Shown piece by piece: positions 41,580 through 54,700 of a stretch of DNA of 64,000 nt. Positions within the stretch are counted from its first letter, which is position 1. The number at the start of each line of letters is the position of its first letter. The notes beneath the pieces were generated by a model. That model did not search any database, had not been told where the DNA came from, and saw nothing but the letters and a program-made list of their open reading frames with translations. The stretch spans positions 234,980,001-235,044,000 of the forward strand of contig OZ024741.1 of assembly GCA_964016885.1 (NCBI GenBank). The letters run 5' to 3'. The position numbers and the translations under genes are program-made. The DNA is from Eledone cirrhosa. Its lineage: Eukaryota.

Positions 41580-42088
41580 GCAAAAGTTCTATTTAAATTG
41601 TTGGGATACAACAAGTAAATATTTTTATAACTGATATAAAGCACTCGACAAGTATTTGGAGTAGATATACGATATTAATAAATGGAAACTATATTTATAA
41701 AACCATATTTATTTCATTATACATATTTCAAGGATACCAAGTTAAATTATGGTATGCCTTCATCAAACAAAATACAATATATATCAGTTTTACAAATAAG
41801 CATTGACGTACCCTTTCAAAATGCGACCATTACTCTCTCTCTCTCCGTCTTTTGTAATTGTCCTTAACACTAAGACTTACTAAAATAATATAAACAAACC
41901 ACTATCCTGATGTCCTCCAAAAGTAATGGTCGCATTTTGAAAGGGTACGTTAATGCTTATTTGTAAAACTGATATATATTGTATTTTGTCTGATGAAGGC
42001 ATACCATAATTTAACTTGGTATCCTTGAAATATGTATAATGAAATAAATATGGTTTTATAAATATAGTTTCCATTTATTAATATCGTA
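41580..42088. mobile_element. Family A fold-back insert with hammerhead 41982-42046(+)
   Basis: Nearly identical to 5186-5669 except for the spacer. Confidence 0.85.
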
Positions 42089-42114
42089 TATATATATATA
42101 TATATATATATATA

Positions 42115-42295
42115 CGAGGTACACTCAAAAGGTTTTGAAAATGTTATCAGAGAAACATTTATTTAATTCAGATCAGCACAAAAGTAAGATCCTCCAACTT
42201 CTGGAAGACCCCCCACCCTGTAGTCTTCTCTAAAGTGAAGGTGTCCAGGCCACTTGTGACAGCCTCCTTCATCTACCCTGAGCATCTCCTTCAGC
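42115..42295. mobile_element. Mariner-like terminal fragment
   Basis: TA|CGAGGTACACTCAAAAGGTTTTG terminus. Confidence 0.4.
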
Positions 42296-42877
42296 TTCGG
42301 GAACTAACCTTAAATTTATCAAAATGCAAATTTTCCAGCTTGTATGTTCAAATAATCGGCAGCCGTGGTATCTATGGCATACTATTCCTGGACACCAACA
42401 ATTAAATACAGTCAACGTTGAATGGTATATATTATCAATTCCTTGCATAGACACAAGGCCAAAAATTTAAAGAACATGAGGCTTTTTTTCTTCAGAAATA
42501 GGACCTGGCTCCGTGGTGGAATAATTCTACTGTTCAACATATATTGATTTCACCCTGTTTTTATTTTATTTTGTCTTTTTTTTTTACCATCTTACTATGT
42601 GTATGTACTCTAACAATGTATTGCCGATGTCCCTTTTGTCTCGTAGTTCATATAGTTTCTTACTTTCCAGCCAAGTATCAATCTATGTTGTCTGGTCGTT
42701 GCCACCTTACAGTGATTCTTATTTCACAAGCAGTCACCAGTCTACTTAGCGTAGTCATTATGACAGATTTTTTTTTTGGTATATAGACTATCAGTCTCGT
42801 TGTCTAAACTCGACTTCCAAAATGGCTGGCTGGTGATTAGACTGTTTGTTCCATCTCAACTGTTTATTTCTTCCATA

Positions 42878-43110
42878 GTATATTTAAAATTTCATACACT
42901 TAACATGTATGCACGACCATAGGTTTCGGGGTCCAGTTATGGCCACCACTGTATAATAAAAGAGCCATTTCAAAACTGGCTCCTCATCGAGCGCCTGAAA
43001 CCTAAGGTCGTGTATACATGTTAAGTGAATGAAATTTTAAGTATACTAAATAAGCTCCCTTGCAATAGACTGAGCATTGTTTTCATTGACCTTATTTCTA
43101 CGGATATCCT
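42878..43110. mobile_element. Fold-back insert ending in a CA tract
   Basis: Arms 42878-42927 / 42996-43046; GAAAC-CUAAG-GUC; GCTC..CT-GAGC hairpin. Confidence 0.6.
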
Positions 43111-43125
43111 GCACACACACACACT

Positions 43126-43168
<43 letters not shown>

Positions 43169-43783
43169 CACACACACACACATACACACACCACACACAC
43201 ACCACACACACACACGCCACACACACATACCACACACACCACACACATACCACACACACACCACACACACACCACACACCACACACACCACACACACCAC
43301 ACACACATACCACACACACACACACACCACACACACACCACACACACCACACACACATACCACACACACACCACACACACATACCACACACACCACACAC
43401 ACACCACACACACACCACACACCACACACACACACGCCACACACACACACCACACACACCACACACACATACCACACACACACCACACACACACCACACA
43501 CCACACACACACACCACACACACACCACACACACACACCACACACACACCACACACACACCACACACACACACACACACCACACACACATACCACACACA
43601 CCACACACACACCACACACCACACACACACACGCCACACACACCACACACACCACACACACACCACACACCACATACCACACACCACACACCACACACCA
43701 CACACACACACACACGCCACACACACCACACACACACCACACACCACATACCACACACACACACCACACACCACACACACACA

Positions 43784-43814
<31 letters not shown>

Positions 43815-43847
43815 CCACACACACATACCACACACACCACACACACA
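43111..43847. repeat. Interrupted (CA)n / CCACACA satellite
   Basis: CA tract with periodic CC and TACC interruptions. Confidence 0.95.
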
Positions 43848-44089
43848 TATATATATATATATTGAGATAAGCAGAACAAGCAAAATTCAAACGATTTTTT
43901 AAAATAAATAAAAAAATATAATTTAAATATTTACCTACTCCAGTTGCTTTTACCGATGGTTTCCCTTTACAAAACATTAGAAATCCATGGGGACCTCCAA
44001 TGGAAAAGTCAAGATCATCAGAAAGCATTTTCCTTTCCTAGGACTAAAAGTCCCAGGAACGGCAAAATATATTGCCATCTGCCAGCTAG

Positions 44090-44147
<58 letters not shown>

Positions 44148-44281
44148 AACCAGTAAGACCCCGACAGCTGAGCTCAAGCCGTTTCGACGGCTAATTCTGG
44201 CCTATTACCCACTCTACTACCTCAAGTATTGAGTACTTTGGTGCGTTATGGTCCACCTGGTTCCTTACCACATTTCCTTCG

Positions 44282-44349
<68 letters not shown>

Positions 44350-44551
44350 GTGAGGTTTTTTTTTCAAAATGAAAAATAACCGAGGTGTCCTACACGAGTG
44401 AAAGTATAAAGAAAAAAGGATGAAATTGAAAATGAAATTTGAGTCTTATTTTAAAAAATATATATATATTTATTTGGTTCCTTTACCGGTTTCGCAGTTC
44501 TTTTGCTTTTCAAAAGTAGAGTTGAGATGAAGAGTCTGTGGTTTTTCTCAC

Positions 44552-44644
<93 letters not shown>

Positions 44645-44782
44645 AAGTAATTCCTTCGGAAAGGTACAGGAAAAAAGAGTGCTCTATGTAGGTTACAGAG
44701 CTTATTAGTTATGTAATAAACAACATATATTTCTTATATATTTTTGTTTTCAAATCCACTTTCAATAAAAACACCAGGATTT

Positions 44783-44842
44783 TTTCATTCTGATGAATGA
44801 AAGCAGATTTGTTTGCTTTCAAGAAAACACTGGTAAATGAAA
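44783..44842 (+). ncRNA. Type-I hammerhead ribozyme (family D variant, insert 44650-44872)
   Basis: UUUCAUU-CUGAUGA-A-UGAAAGCAGA-uuug-UUUGCUUUCA-A-GAAA-ACACUG-GUA-AAUGAAA. Confidence 0.8.
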
Positions 44843-44867
44843 TAATTATCTTATGTTGTTTATTACG

Positions 44868-44914
<47 letters not shown>

Positions 44915-45231
44915 GCACACACACATACACATATGTATATATATACACCCTTATACAGTATTTTCTGATATATACATGTGTATGTGCATGTGCAAATTCG
45001 TATATTCTAACCCGTACTTCTCCAAAATAACTGACTAGACACACATAGTTTCTACATGCAAAAAGAAAAAAAGAAAAATAATTCTTACTCTAGGCTATCC
45101 TATTTTATCTTCTATCTCTCATTCTATCTTCCAATAAAGGACTGACGTCCGAAACATTAAGGTTCTTTTCCTACCATATCAATCGTTAAACAAATATATA
45201 TCATCATTGTTCTGTATTGTTCTCCTGTGTT

Positions 45232-45269
<38 letters not shown>

Positions 45270-45296
45270 GATAATAATAATAATAATAATAATAAT

Positions 45297-45642
45297 GTGG
45301 ATGTGGCCTGCCCATTCGACACGAGAGTGCAAGAGAAGGAGAGGGAGAAAATTAACCGATACCAGGACTTAAAGTGGGAGGTAAAAAGGATTTGGAACTG
45401 CCATGAAGTCAAAGTGATCCCGATTGTCATAGGCGCACTAGGGACTATCTCAAAAAGTTTCCAGGGATGGTTAAAGAAAATTGGTCCCTTCACGTTTTTT
45501 GGAACGCTTCAAAAGGCATGCCTGCTGGGAACAGTAAGAACCCTCCGATACGTCCTGAATATCTGAGGCTGCAGGTAGTGGCTTGATATTCATTTCAACA
45601 AACTTTCCAGTTAAATAACATCAATGACTGAGACTCAAAGAG
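45297..45642 (+). mobile_element. R4/Dong-clade LINE 3' fragment in (TAA)n
   Basis: DVACPFDTRV..EKINRYQDLKWEVKRIW..IPIVIGALG..LQKACLLGT (restriction-like endonuclease end); (AAT)n on both sides. Confidence 0.85.
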
Positions 45643-45940
45643 TAATAACAATAATAATAATAATAATAATAAGGATAATAAAAAGGAAAGGACGATTTGT
45701 TATGTCTTCATTACGTTTATTGAATAGTGACGCGCGTTTTGTTATTGATCAGCTTAAGGTTCGATCTGTATTGATCTAGCCCGACTCATTACTACAACAG
45801 CAGTCCGACGAGCTTTTGATTCCAGAGTCGGGCTAAACCGATACAGATCGAACCTTGAGCTAATCAATAGCGAAACGCGTGTCCTACTCAAGAAACGTAA
45901 TGAAGACATAAAAAATCGTCATTTTTATTATTAGTATTAT

Positions 45941-46600
45941 TCTTTGAGTCTCAGTCATTGATGTTATTTAACTGGAAAGTTTGTTGAAATGAATACCAAG
46001 CCGCTACCTGCAGCCTCAGATATTCAGGATGTATCGGAAGGTTCTTGCTGTTCCCAGAAGTATTCCAAAAAGCGGGGCTGGACTAATCTTCTTTAACCAT
46101 CCTTGGAAACTCTTTGAGATAGTACCTAATACGCCTATGACAATCGGGACGACCTTGACTTCATGGCAGTTCCAAATCCTTTTTACCTCCCACTTTAAGT
46201 CCTGGTATCGGTTAATTTTCTCCCTCTCCTTTTCTTGCACTCTCGTGTCAAATGAGCAGACTACATCTATAATCAGGCACGATCTTAAACTCTTTGGGAA
46301 GAGTGAGAAGGAGTTGGATCTACTTGTTGACACTGTCCGTATTTTCAGCAATGATATATGTATGGAATTTGGTATTAATAAGTGTGGAGTCCTTGTGATG
46401 AAGAGAGGTAAATTGAGCAGAAGCAACGGAATCCAGGTACCAACAGGTGAGATGATAAAGGAAATTGACACTGAAGAAGGATACAAATATTTAGGTGTTC
46501 TGGAGGCAGATGACATCAAGAACAAAAAAATGAAGGAATTGATCAGATCTGAGTACATTAGGAGAGTAAGGAGCGTATTAAAATCACATCTAAATATGTC
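45941..46600 (-). mobile_element. R4/Dong-clade LINE with inverted 5' segment
   Basis: Minus 45941-46279 = endonuclease end and 3'UTR; plus 46280-46596 = RT end DLKLFGK..MEFGINKC..YKYLGVLE. Confidence 0.85.
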
Positions 46601-46625
46601 ATAAGTCAGTGAATTATTATTATTA

Positions 46626-46677
<52 letters not shown>

Positions 46678-46865
46678 GGGGCGGTGAATTGGCAGTATTG
46701 GTAGCGGGTCGGACGCCATGCTTTGACGCATAGAGTTACGGCCCTTGCCATTCTGAGTTCAAATCCCGCCGAGGTTAACTTTGCCTTTCATCCTTACGGA
46801 GTCGATAAAATAAAGTACCAGTAATGTACTGGTTAATTGCTGGCCTTGTGCCAAAAGTAGAAACA

Positions 46866-46868
<3 letters not shown>
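46678..46868 (+). mobile_element. tRNA-derived SINE in (TAT)n
   Basis: A/B boxes and family core; (ATT)n on both sides. Confidence 0.9.
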
Positions 46869-46912
<44 letters not shown>

Positions 46913-47000
46913 ACTCTGCTTAATTCTACACCTCTATACTTACTGGAAACAACGCATCAAGTGCTCACTCTGGTGAACCTACAGTAACTAGACGTTACAA

Positions 47001-47066
<66 letters not shown>

Positions 47067-48197
47067 TACATGTATGTCAGGTCGCTTCTTTCGATCCATA
47101 ACTGGTGGAGTTGTTGGGCGCCGTAGTGACATGCGGTGTTTCTGGGACATTTTTAAAACCTGGTGGAGCCCATTACCTTTCCATGTCTGAACATGCCCGA
47201 TTTCTTCTAGAGAATGAGAGAGAGTGATAGAGGGGAAGGGGAAAAGACACAAAGAGGAAGAATCGATTCCAGTATAGGACTGATACTTATTTTATCGACT
47301 TCGAAAAGATGAAATGGGTGCTACTAATAATATATAACACAATGCAACCTATTGTATAATTCGGTCGCCGGTGACTAAATCGAACCCCCATCATCAGACT
47401 AGCTTGAGGAGGATTGCTAGGAAGCCAACAGGACCAAAATAATACATGTCAAAATAATTGTTTCTACTTTTGGCACAAGGCCAGCAATTATCCCAGTGTA
47501 TTACCGGTACTTTATTTTATCGACCCTGTAAGGATGAAAGGCAAAGTTAACCTCGGCGGGATTTGAACTCAGATCATAAGAAATTCCGAGTTGCGATTTG
47601 ACATGCTGTAAAAGTACGATCGATGTCTTAGATATTAGCAACCTATATTTTCGCTGCTCTAATGATACAAGCCCGGACAGTGTGGGAGAACGTTTTTTGG
47701 CGTGCAGAACCCCGGGCGCAAGCCGAATCATGGTCGCGGCAAACAGAAAGGAAGAAGCGTTACCTTGGAGTATAGCGAAGGAGACAATTTGAAATAGCCA
47801 TTTCAACTTACGGGATCGCTACTGCGTGTGATCAACTCCCCCTGATGACAGTGAGTAAGAGGTATGGATACCTAGAACGCCAGAAGTTCCACCGCTACAG
47901 GTTTAACAACAAACCTAACGGAAAGCGGTCGATATTTCAACAGCTACCGGAAATGAGAAAACACTTTGCTTTATTTTTAAGCATCTCTCTCGGAGAATGT
48001 CACTCTGGTGTAAAAGCCGTTGTGCCTGGAATGGCTTACACCATTTTGGGGGGACTTTAGCTTGTTCTGGAAATTATGGCGCTACCACATTCATGATCCT
48101 GCAATCTTTTACTGACATCAGACATCTTGTTCCTGCTTATTACAACAGTTAGAAATTTGGATTAGATCCCTAATCTAATAGGAAGAAAGCCAGTCAA

Positions 48198-49110
48198 TCA
48201 TATTGGTGGCCTCCCCACAGCCCCGGCGGACAGAATAGAGAAGGCGTTTCCTTGGAGGACTGCAAGGGAGACGCGCTGAAAAAGCCATTCCAGCTCGCGA
48301 GGCTCATACTTGCGGCTGGCCAGTTCAGCGCCTATGGTGGTGAGTAGGGAGGTAGCCCTAAGGCTGAGGATACCAGAAGTCTCCACTGCCAAGGGTACAA
48401 CCGCAAACCTGTCGGAGAGCAACCGGTATTTGAAGAGTTTGGCCTCCTCAGCCCGACGTGCAGCAGAACCTGGGTTAGTCGCAGACTGCACCAGGTTACG
48501 GCTGCAGAAAGTGTCGGTGCAAGTGGCATCCCAGACCAGGGGTTTGCCACCGCGGAACAAGAAGATGGTCATGCCATCTGGCCTTTTGCCGTCCCCTCGG
48601 TCCAGCCCTACCAGCACGAGCTGGGAAGGGAAGCCTGCAGCGTCCAAGCCATGCTTAATAACCTCGTTGAGGGCAGCAAGGCGTGGAAGGCGGCTGGCAC
48701 TGTGGCGACAGGAAAGCGGGTGGAGGCCAAAAGAGTCCACGGTGGATCCACAGCTACATTGGTATGGCTCGCAGATCCGGAGACCGAGCCTCAAGGAAAC
48801 GCCGATGCGCAGGCTATTGTTATCTAGCTGCGTGCCACTGGAGAAGGAAGGCAAGGCATGGAGCCAGGCACCACTGTCGGGTTTGGAGGCCGCACGAAAA
48901 CAGTCAAAGTGGTGCTGGTCGAGTTGGCGCGTGAGCCTGTCTGAAGCCAGGCTGCACTGGATAGCATCCCAAATGCTTTGGGAGGACTTGACGTCAGCAG
49001 GGGGAGAAGGAGGAGGGACGTCTACTGGGCTAAGTCCCAGTCGGTCCCACGTTTCACAGGCGGCCTCACCTTCCCTGAAAACAGAGGGTTTTGTCGCTGG
49101 ATCAAGCTAA
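48198..49110 (-). pseudogene. CRE-like non-LTR element C-terminus (Zn finger and restriction-like endonuclease)
   Basis: LRLGLRICEPYQCSCG..HPLSC..GKRPDGMT..LVWDATCTDT..EEAKLFKY..PLAVETSG. Shorter 3' fragments at 47665-47835(-), 50920-51095(+), 62435-62514(+). Confidence 0.82.
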
Positions 49111-49917
49111 TAAGGTGGATAGGGACTATAAAGATGTTGTACATACCTTATTGGAGAAGATCTATGCCAGTAGTCTCAAAAGGGTTATTACATCACGGGG
49201 GAGAGGCAAGGTGAGCTAGAAGTGAGATGTGAGCGGAGGGGTGCGATTTTCACCACTTATAAGGCTAACCTGCAATACAGCTGATAGGCTGCTATTTATT
49301 TATTTTCCATCAAAATGAATACATATATGATAGTAAGTGGGATATGGGAATTGGTACAAAATATAGGGAGACTAATTTTCTTTTTCAAATTGCCCTTAAT
49401 TCCGTTTTTACTTTCAGTAAATTTCCTTTTTTCTATGTTTTCCGCTCATTTTATTGTATTTCATGGGTAAATTGCAAGAATATGGAAAGAATGAGGGACA
49501 AATTACCAGGTTTTAGTCACGAAAATTATTCTGCCACGAGCCTTAGCAAAGTAGTTTGCCGGGCACATGGTTGAGACACCTGGCATCTACAATGTTATGC
49601 AAGCCTATCTGCACAGGCATTTATGTATCTCCTTTACATGACTTTTATTTTTCTCAACAGAAGCAGATGTTGTAGGGTGAGCGCATATGCAGAAAGCGCC
49701 CCTCAGCAAAAATCACGGCTGTAGTTTACAGACTGTGTAAAGTCCTCTCTGAAAACATGTGAAATAAGTGAGGACACTTAGGAGAGAAGTGCTTTTCATT
49801 TCCAATAAATGTGAAAATATATAAAAGATGGTAAACATTTTTTTTTTTTAAATATGCATCTCTCGCGCAGAATTTAAGCGTCACTAAAAATAATTCCTGT
49901 ATATCTATATGCAGAAA

Positions 49918-49996
<79 letters not shown>

Positions 49997-50272
49997 GAGT
50001 TAAACAAGATTCAATGAGTATATCAGAGAATGAGTTTTACAGTAGATTGGAAGCACTCTACGGGAAATAATTTTCCAGAGAGGTTATTTTAAAATCTCTA
50101 TAGCAGTCACATTAACCAACGTTTTTTCTTACTCACACATTCTCTATTGAATTTATTACGTTTTCTCATTTTCTAATTATTAGGGTATAAATGTTGAATT
50201 TTCTCTTGGGTTATTCACTACCTTGATTAAATCTTAACCATTTAATATCTCAGGGTATATTATGTATCATTA

Positions 50273-50327
50273 TATTTTGTCTGATGAGGACGTACTGTTG
50301 TATCTCTGAAATATGTATAATAAAATG
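50273..50327 (+). ncRNA. Type-I hammerhead (same family as 18830)
   Basis: UAUUUUGU-CUGAUGA-GGACGUAC-uguu-GUAUCUCU-GAAA-UAUGU-AUA-AUAAAAUG. Confidence 0.7.
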
Positions 50328-50366
50328 TAATTGATAAAAAGAACATCTATTTTATTAATATTTGTA

Positions 50367-50441
<75 letters not shown>

Positions 50442-50538
50442 GTGTATGTGTGTAAAAAGTAAACAAAAATAACAACACAATCGGTACAATATATGGAAGG
50501 AATATATTAGGTTAACGCTTGAAATAGTAGGAAGAGGG

Positions 50539-50574
50539 TCTTAACGTTTCGGACGCTAGTCCTTCATAAGAAGA
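50539..50574 (-). ncRNA. Minimal hammerhead, one core substitution
   Basis: UCUU-CUUAUGA-AGGAC-uagc-GUCC-GAAAC-GUU-AAGA; decayed relative at ~45126-45162(+). Confidence 0.6.
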
Positions 50575-51724
50575 AAGAATGAGAAATAAGATAGATTGGC
50601 TGGCTGGCTGGATTTGGAAAAAATGTCTTTAGATAAAAATAACAGGTCCATTCATGTTGACATCTCTTGGAAAACTTTTGGTGCTGGCGTTATCACTAAA
50701 AACCTAATACGTGACAATGAGAGCCTCTTCCGTTAAACACATATTAACAGTTGCTGCAGTCAAGATATTAAAGTCACCTTAGAGGCGACTGAAAAGAACA
50801 TAGGCAATCTAAGGATTAAAGATGTCATTTTCATCAGCCGAATAAAACCAGAGATAAATAATAGGTCAGAAATGCACGAGACAGAATGGTTATTGTAGCA
50901 AACCCACGCATGCGCATGCATTCTGGTATCCTTGGCCCTAGCGCTACCTCCACACTTACCATCTTAGGTACTGAGCTGGCTAGTTGCAGGTGCGAGCCTC
51001 GCGATATGGAATGGCTCTTCCAGCACATCTCCCTCACCATCCTCCGGAGAAACGCCTTCTCCATTCTGTCCGCCAGGGCCGTGGGGCGGCCAGCACGTGG
51101 GACCCCATTTGCTCATAATAGAGAGAGATGGGGAGGGCAGGAGAGATGGAGGTGGTGAAAGTGGGAGTTTGGCTCTTCTGTGTTCGGACCTGGTGTACAG
51201 CATCAGTTATAAATACAGTCTTCAGTTGATCCATTACCAAAATATAGTGTCTGCAGTCTGTTGGTAAATATCTTTAGTTTCATAGTAAACCAGTAAAAGT
51301 ACATCTAAAATACTGAGTAAGAAATACTAGTCTTTAAAACTGACTAATAGTATCACTTCCTCTACCTTTTACTCCAACAGTGAATATCTGAAACACAAGG
51401 CTTCCACCATAGATCAGTTAGGGATGAAAACACCCATTGCTCGTTTTGTTTTGTCTTGGACTGTTTCAGCGCTGCATTTTAAAAGAGGGTAATAACCCTG
51501 AAATATCATGCTAAAACACACTGGATAAAACATTACTTTGTTTTGTTTCATTTGTAATCATTTGCCCTTCGTATTTTTTTACCGCATTGTACCGGCTTAA
51601 AAAAATCATCGGTCTTTTACTACATATCTCAAAATGCTTCGTATTAAATACACTACTCTAAATACATATATTTTAATCGATGTGGTAACGAATACAGATC
51701 TGGAACGAATTAGATAGATAGATA

Positions 51725-54700
51725 TCTTTCTTTATTTGCCACAGGGGCGTACAAAAATGGGACATTACAAGCAGTGACGGCGGGGGTTTTACATAAAAAT
51801 CATATAACTTTAACATTAATAAATAACAATAAACTATATATCATAAAATAACAATTGCAATCCCCAATGAGGGGGGGGGGGGGGCGTTACTACAGGGTTG
51901 TTTTACACCCCGTGGATAGAACAACCCTCAACACCAGGAACACGTTTTGTAGGTGTTCCTGTTTTCCCCTGTTTATCTTCATCAACCTACAGGTTTATAT
52001 ACAGAGAAGGCCCATTCACTCGGGCCATTTTCGCCACATTCACCCACCTTTCAGCGAATTTACTGGGGAGTAGCACCTCTTTCTCCACTCTCACCTTCGT
52101 TCTGAAGTGGGTCTTAAAGAAGAGGATAAGTTGTTGTCCAGAGAGAAAGGTGTTTGCCCTCAGTCCTTTTAACCTCGTCCACCATATTACCTCTTTCGCC
52201 ATAGCCACCAGATAGAGGAAAACCACCTATCCTTCATTCTTAAATGAAGGCGGCGGGGTGATCCTCACGATGGACTCGGCTGACAACTGGTTGCGTCCTA
52301 CACATGACAGCAGCTGTTCGACATAATTCCACAGGTCGATCACCCCTGGGCACTGAACAATTGCCTGCAGAACGGTTTCGATGTCCTGCTCGCATCTTGG
52401 ACATGTCCTTTTGGCAGGATCTCTGCCAGGGCGTCCATGCCTGTAGATTTTGTCTCGAACTAGTAGAGCTCCTCGGTAGCACTGCCAGACTATAGACCTC
52501 TGGAAGTTAACCATAGACGGAGCGACCTCCCGAACAGACTGGTCAGTTCGTCCTCCTCGATGCCTAGAGTTTCCCCGAGAACGTCGTCACACTTATCCTC
52601 CACTAATCCCCTATAGAATGTCGAAGTGGAGTCTCCGCTGATTGCCGTTTCCGCTTGGTAGAGGGCTGTGAACGCCTGAAGGCACTCGAGGTGCCAGGCA
52701 CCCATTTTCGGTCTTCGCTTGACCCAGGACTGCAGCTCTGTTAGTGAGACGATTTGTGGAAGAGCTTGTCTCACAAACGACAGCCACACCGGTTCACCGG
52801 TCAGGAATACCTGGAGATGGCGTAGCCTCAGCGCGTGTTTGCGCATCATCAGCCACGGCATGCTCAGCCGTCCGTTAGAAGGGTGTTGACAGCAGATGGA
52901 TCTCCTCACCAATGGAGCCTGTTTCTTCCAGAGGAACTTGAAGAGGAGGCGTTCCATTTTGGTGAGGTATTCGCGGGGACAAGGCACGACTGTCAAGCCG
53001 TAGTAGATGACGGACGCTTTGTAAGTGTTCGCCACCTCCACTCGACCTTTCAAAAAGAGTTTGCACTCAGCCCACTTCTGGGTGAGTGCAAACACCTTCG
53101 CCATGACCTCGTTCCAGTTCTTGTCCACCTGGAGGTCTGGACCATACCAGACCCCGAGCAATTTCACCGGCCCTTCCGTCCAGCGTCCAACGACACTGTT
53201 GGAAGGCACGGGTTTGCCTCTCCATGTGCCGAGTTGCAAACCGACAGACTTGTTTGGGTTTAGTCTTGCTCCTGTCAACGTTTCGTATTCCTGTAATAGG
53301 TTGCCGATTACCCCGATGTCCGAGGTTTTCGACACCATTACGGTTATGTCGAACCGCTTCCAAGTATTGATGATCGACCCTATCAAATGCCTTAGACTGA
53401 TCTAAATTGATCAGAGCCCCACCGAAGCCAGGTTTACACCCTACCCTCTCTATGATGAATCGCATGAGGTGGAGGTTATCGTGTATGGACCTGGTCGGGA
53501 TTGCACACGTTTGAGCTTCCCCTACCAGGTTCTCGACGACAAGCACCAGTCTTGCTGCTAACACCTTGGCCAAAATCTTTAATTCTGTGTTGAGCAGAGA
53601 TATGGGCCTGAAATTGCTTATCTCATCCCCCTTGTTCTCATCTTTCCTGATCAGCGTTACTACGCTTCTGCCTACAGAACCGGGAATCCTCTCGTTCTGT
53701 TGCCAGTTGCAATAGACCGCTTCGAGGACGCCAGAGAACAAGTCTGGCATGCCTATGTAAAACTCATAAGGTAAACCATCTAAACCGGATGATTTGCGTT
53801 TCCCGCAGCGGCCTAGGGCATCTTCTATTTCGCCCGTTGTGATCGGCCTTTCGCAGCTCTCTGTATCCCTGCTCGAGAGTCGTGGTACGCCGTCGAGGTA
53901 GGAGCTGAAATCCATCACCTCCCTCGACGTACCGCTTTGCCCGAACAGTTGTGCAAAATGCTGCTGCACATCTGCTTGGATTCAAGTAGAATGCGTCAAT
54001 CTTTGTCTTGCAAAGACCGAATTGTGGATTTGTTGCCACTTTTCGCCTCTGCCACTCGGGCCCAGCTAACAGCTTTGGCTCCCTCGTTTATATAGTCGCC
54101 ATGTTGGCGAAGAAGAGTTAGGGAGAGAAAAGGCAGGAACACTTACCTTTTCGTTTCCTGGCGGTCGGGTTGTTCGATCTCCATGTCCTGATTGGGTCGT
54201 GTTTGGGGAGGGAGGGAATCTTTTTAGCAGGACACGGTTAAGGGGTTTTTGGCAATGTGGGAAGTTCCTTTTTAAAGTTTCAGGTTGTTACCCTGATAAG
54301 TTTGAGGTTTGGGGGTTTGGGGTGGGTCGTTGGTGGGGAAGGTTTTCCCTTCTGTTTGTATTCTGGAGTCCTTTCGGACAGTTTCCACCAGTTCTTTGTT
54401 TCTTGTTTTTATGTATGTGTAATGTGTTTTGTTTTTTATGTATACTGTTTCTGTTTGTAGTTTTCTTTTTGTGGTTGGGGTTTGTGATTGTGGTGGTGTG
54501 GGTGTTTGTTTTGTTGGTGAAGTGTCTGGTTGTGTTGTTGGTGTGGTTGTCGGTTGTGACGGTATGTTTATGTCAGTGTTGGGTGTGTGCGTGTTTTCAG
54601 TTGATGTTTTTGTTGTATTTTTTCTGTCTTTTTTGCTTGTTGGATTTTTTGGGTTCCTCTTCATCCTCACTTGGAGATGTAGAGGTTCCCGTGTCTGAGG

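Larger units (their letters stand above)
45672..46983. mobile_element. Fold-back hammerhead insert split by Dong and SINE insertions
   Basis: Arms 45675-45788 / 45824-45935; hammerhead 45799-45888; tail resumes at 46908-46983 and matches 11673-11738 + 12942-12990. Confidence 0.75.

Noticed and set aside
43021-44028. Cys/Val- and His/Thr-rich ORFs
   Set aside because: Artefacts of an interrupted (CA)n tract.
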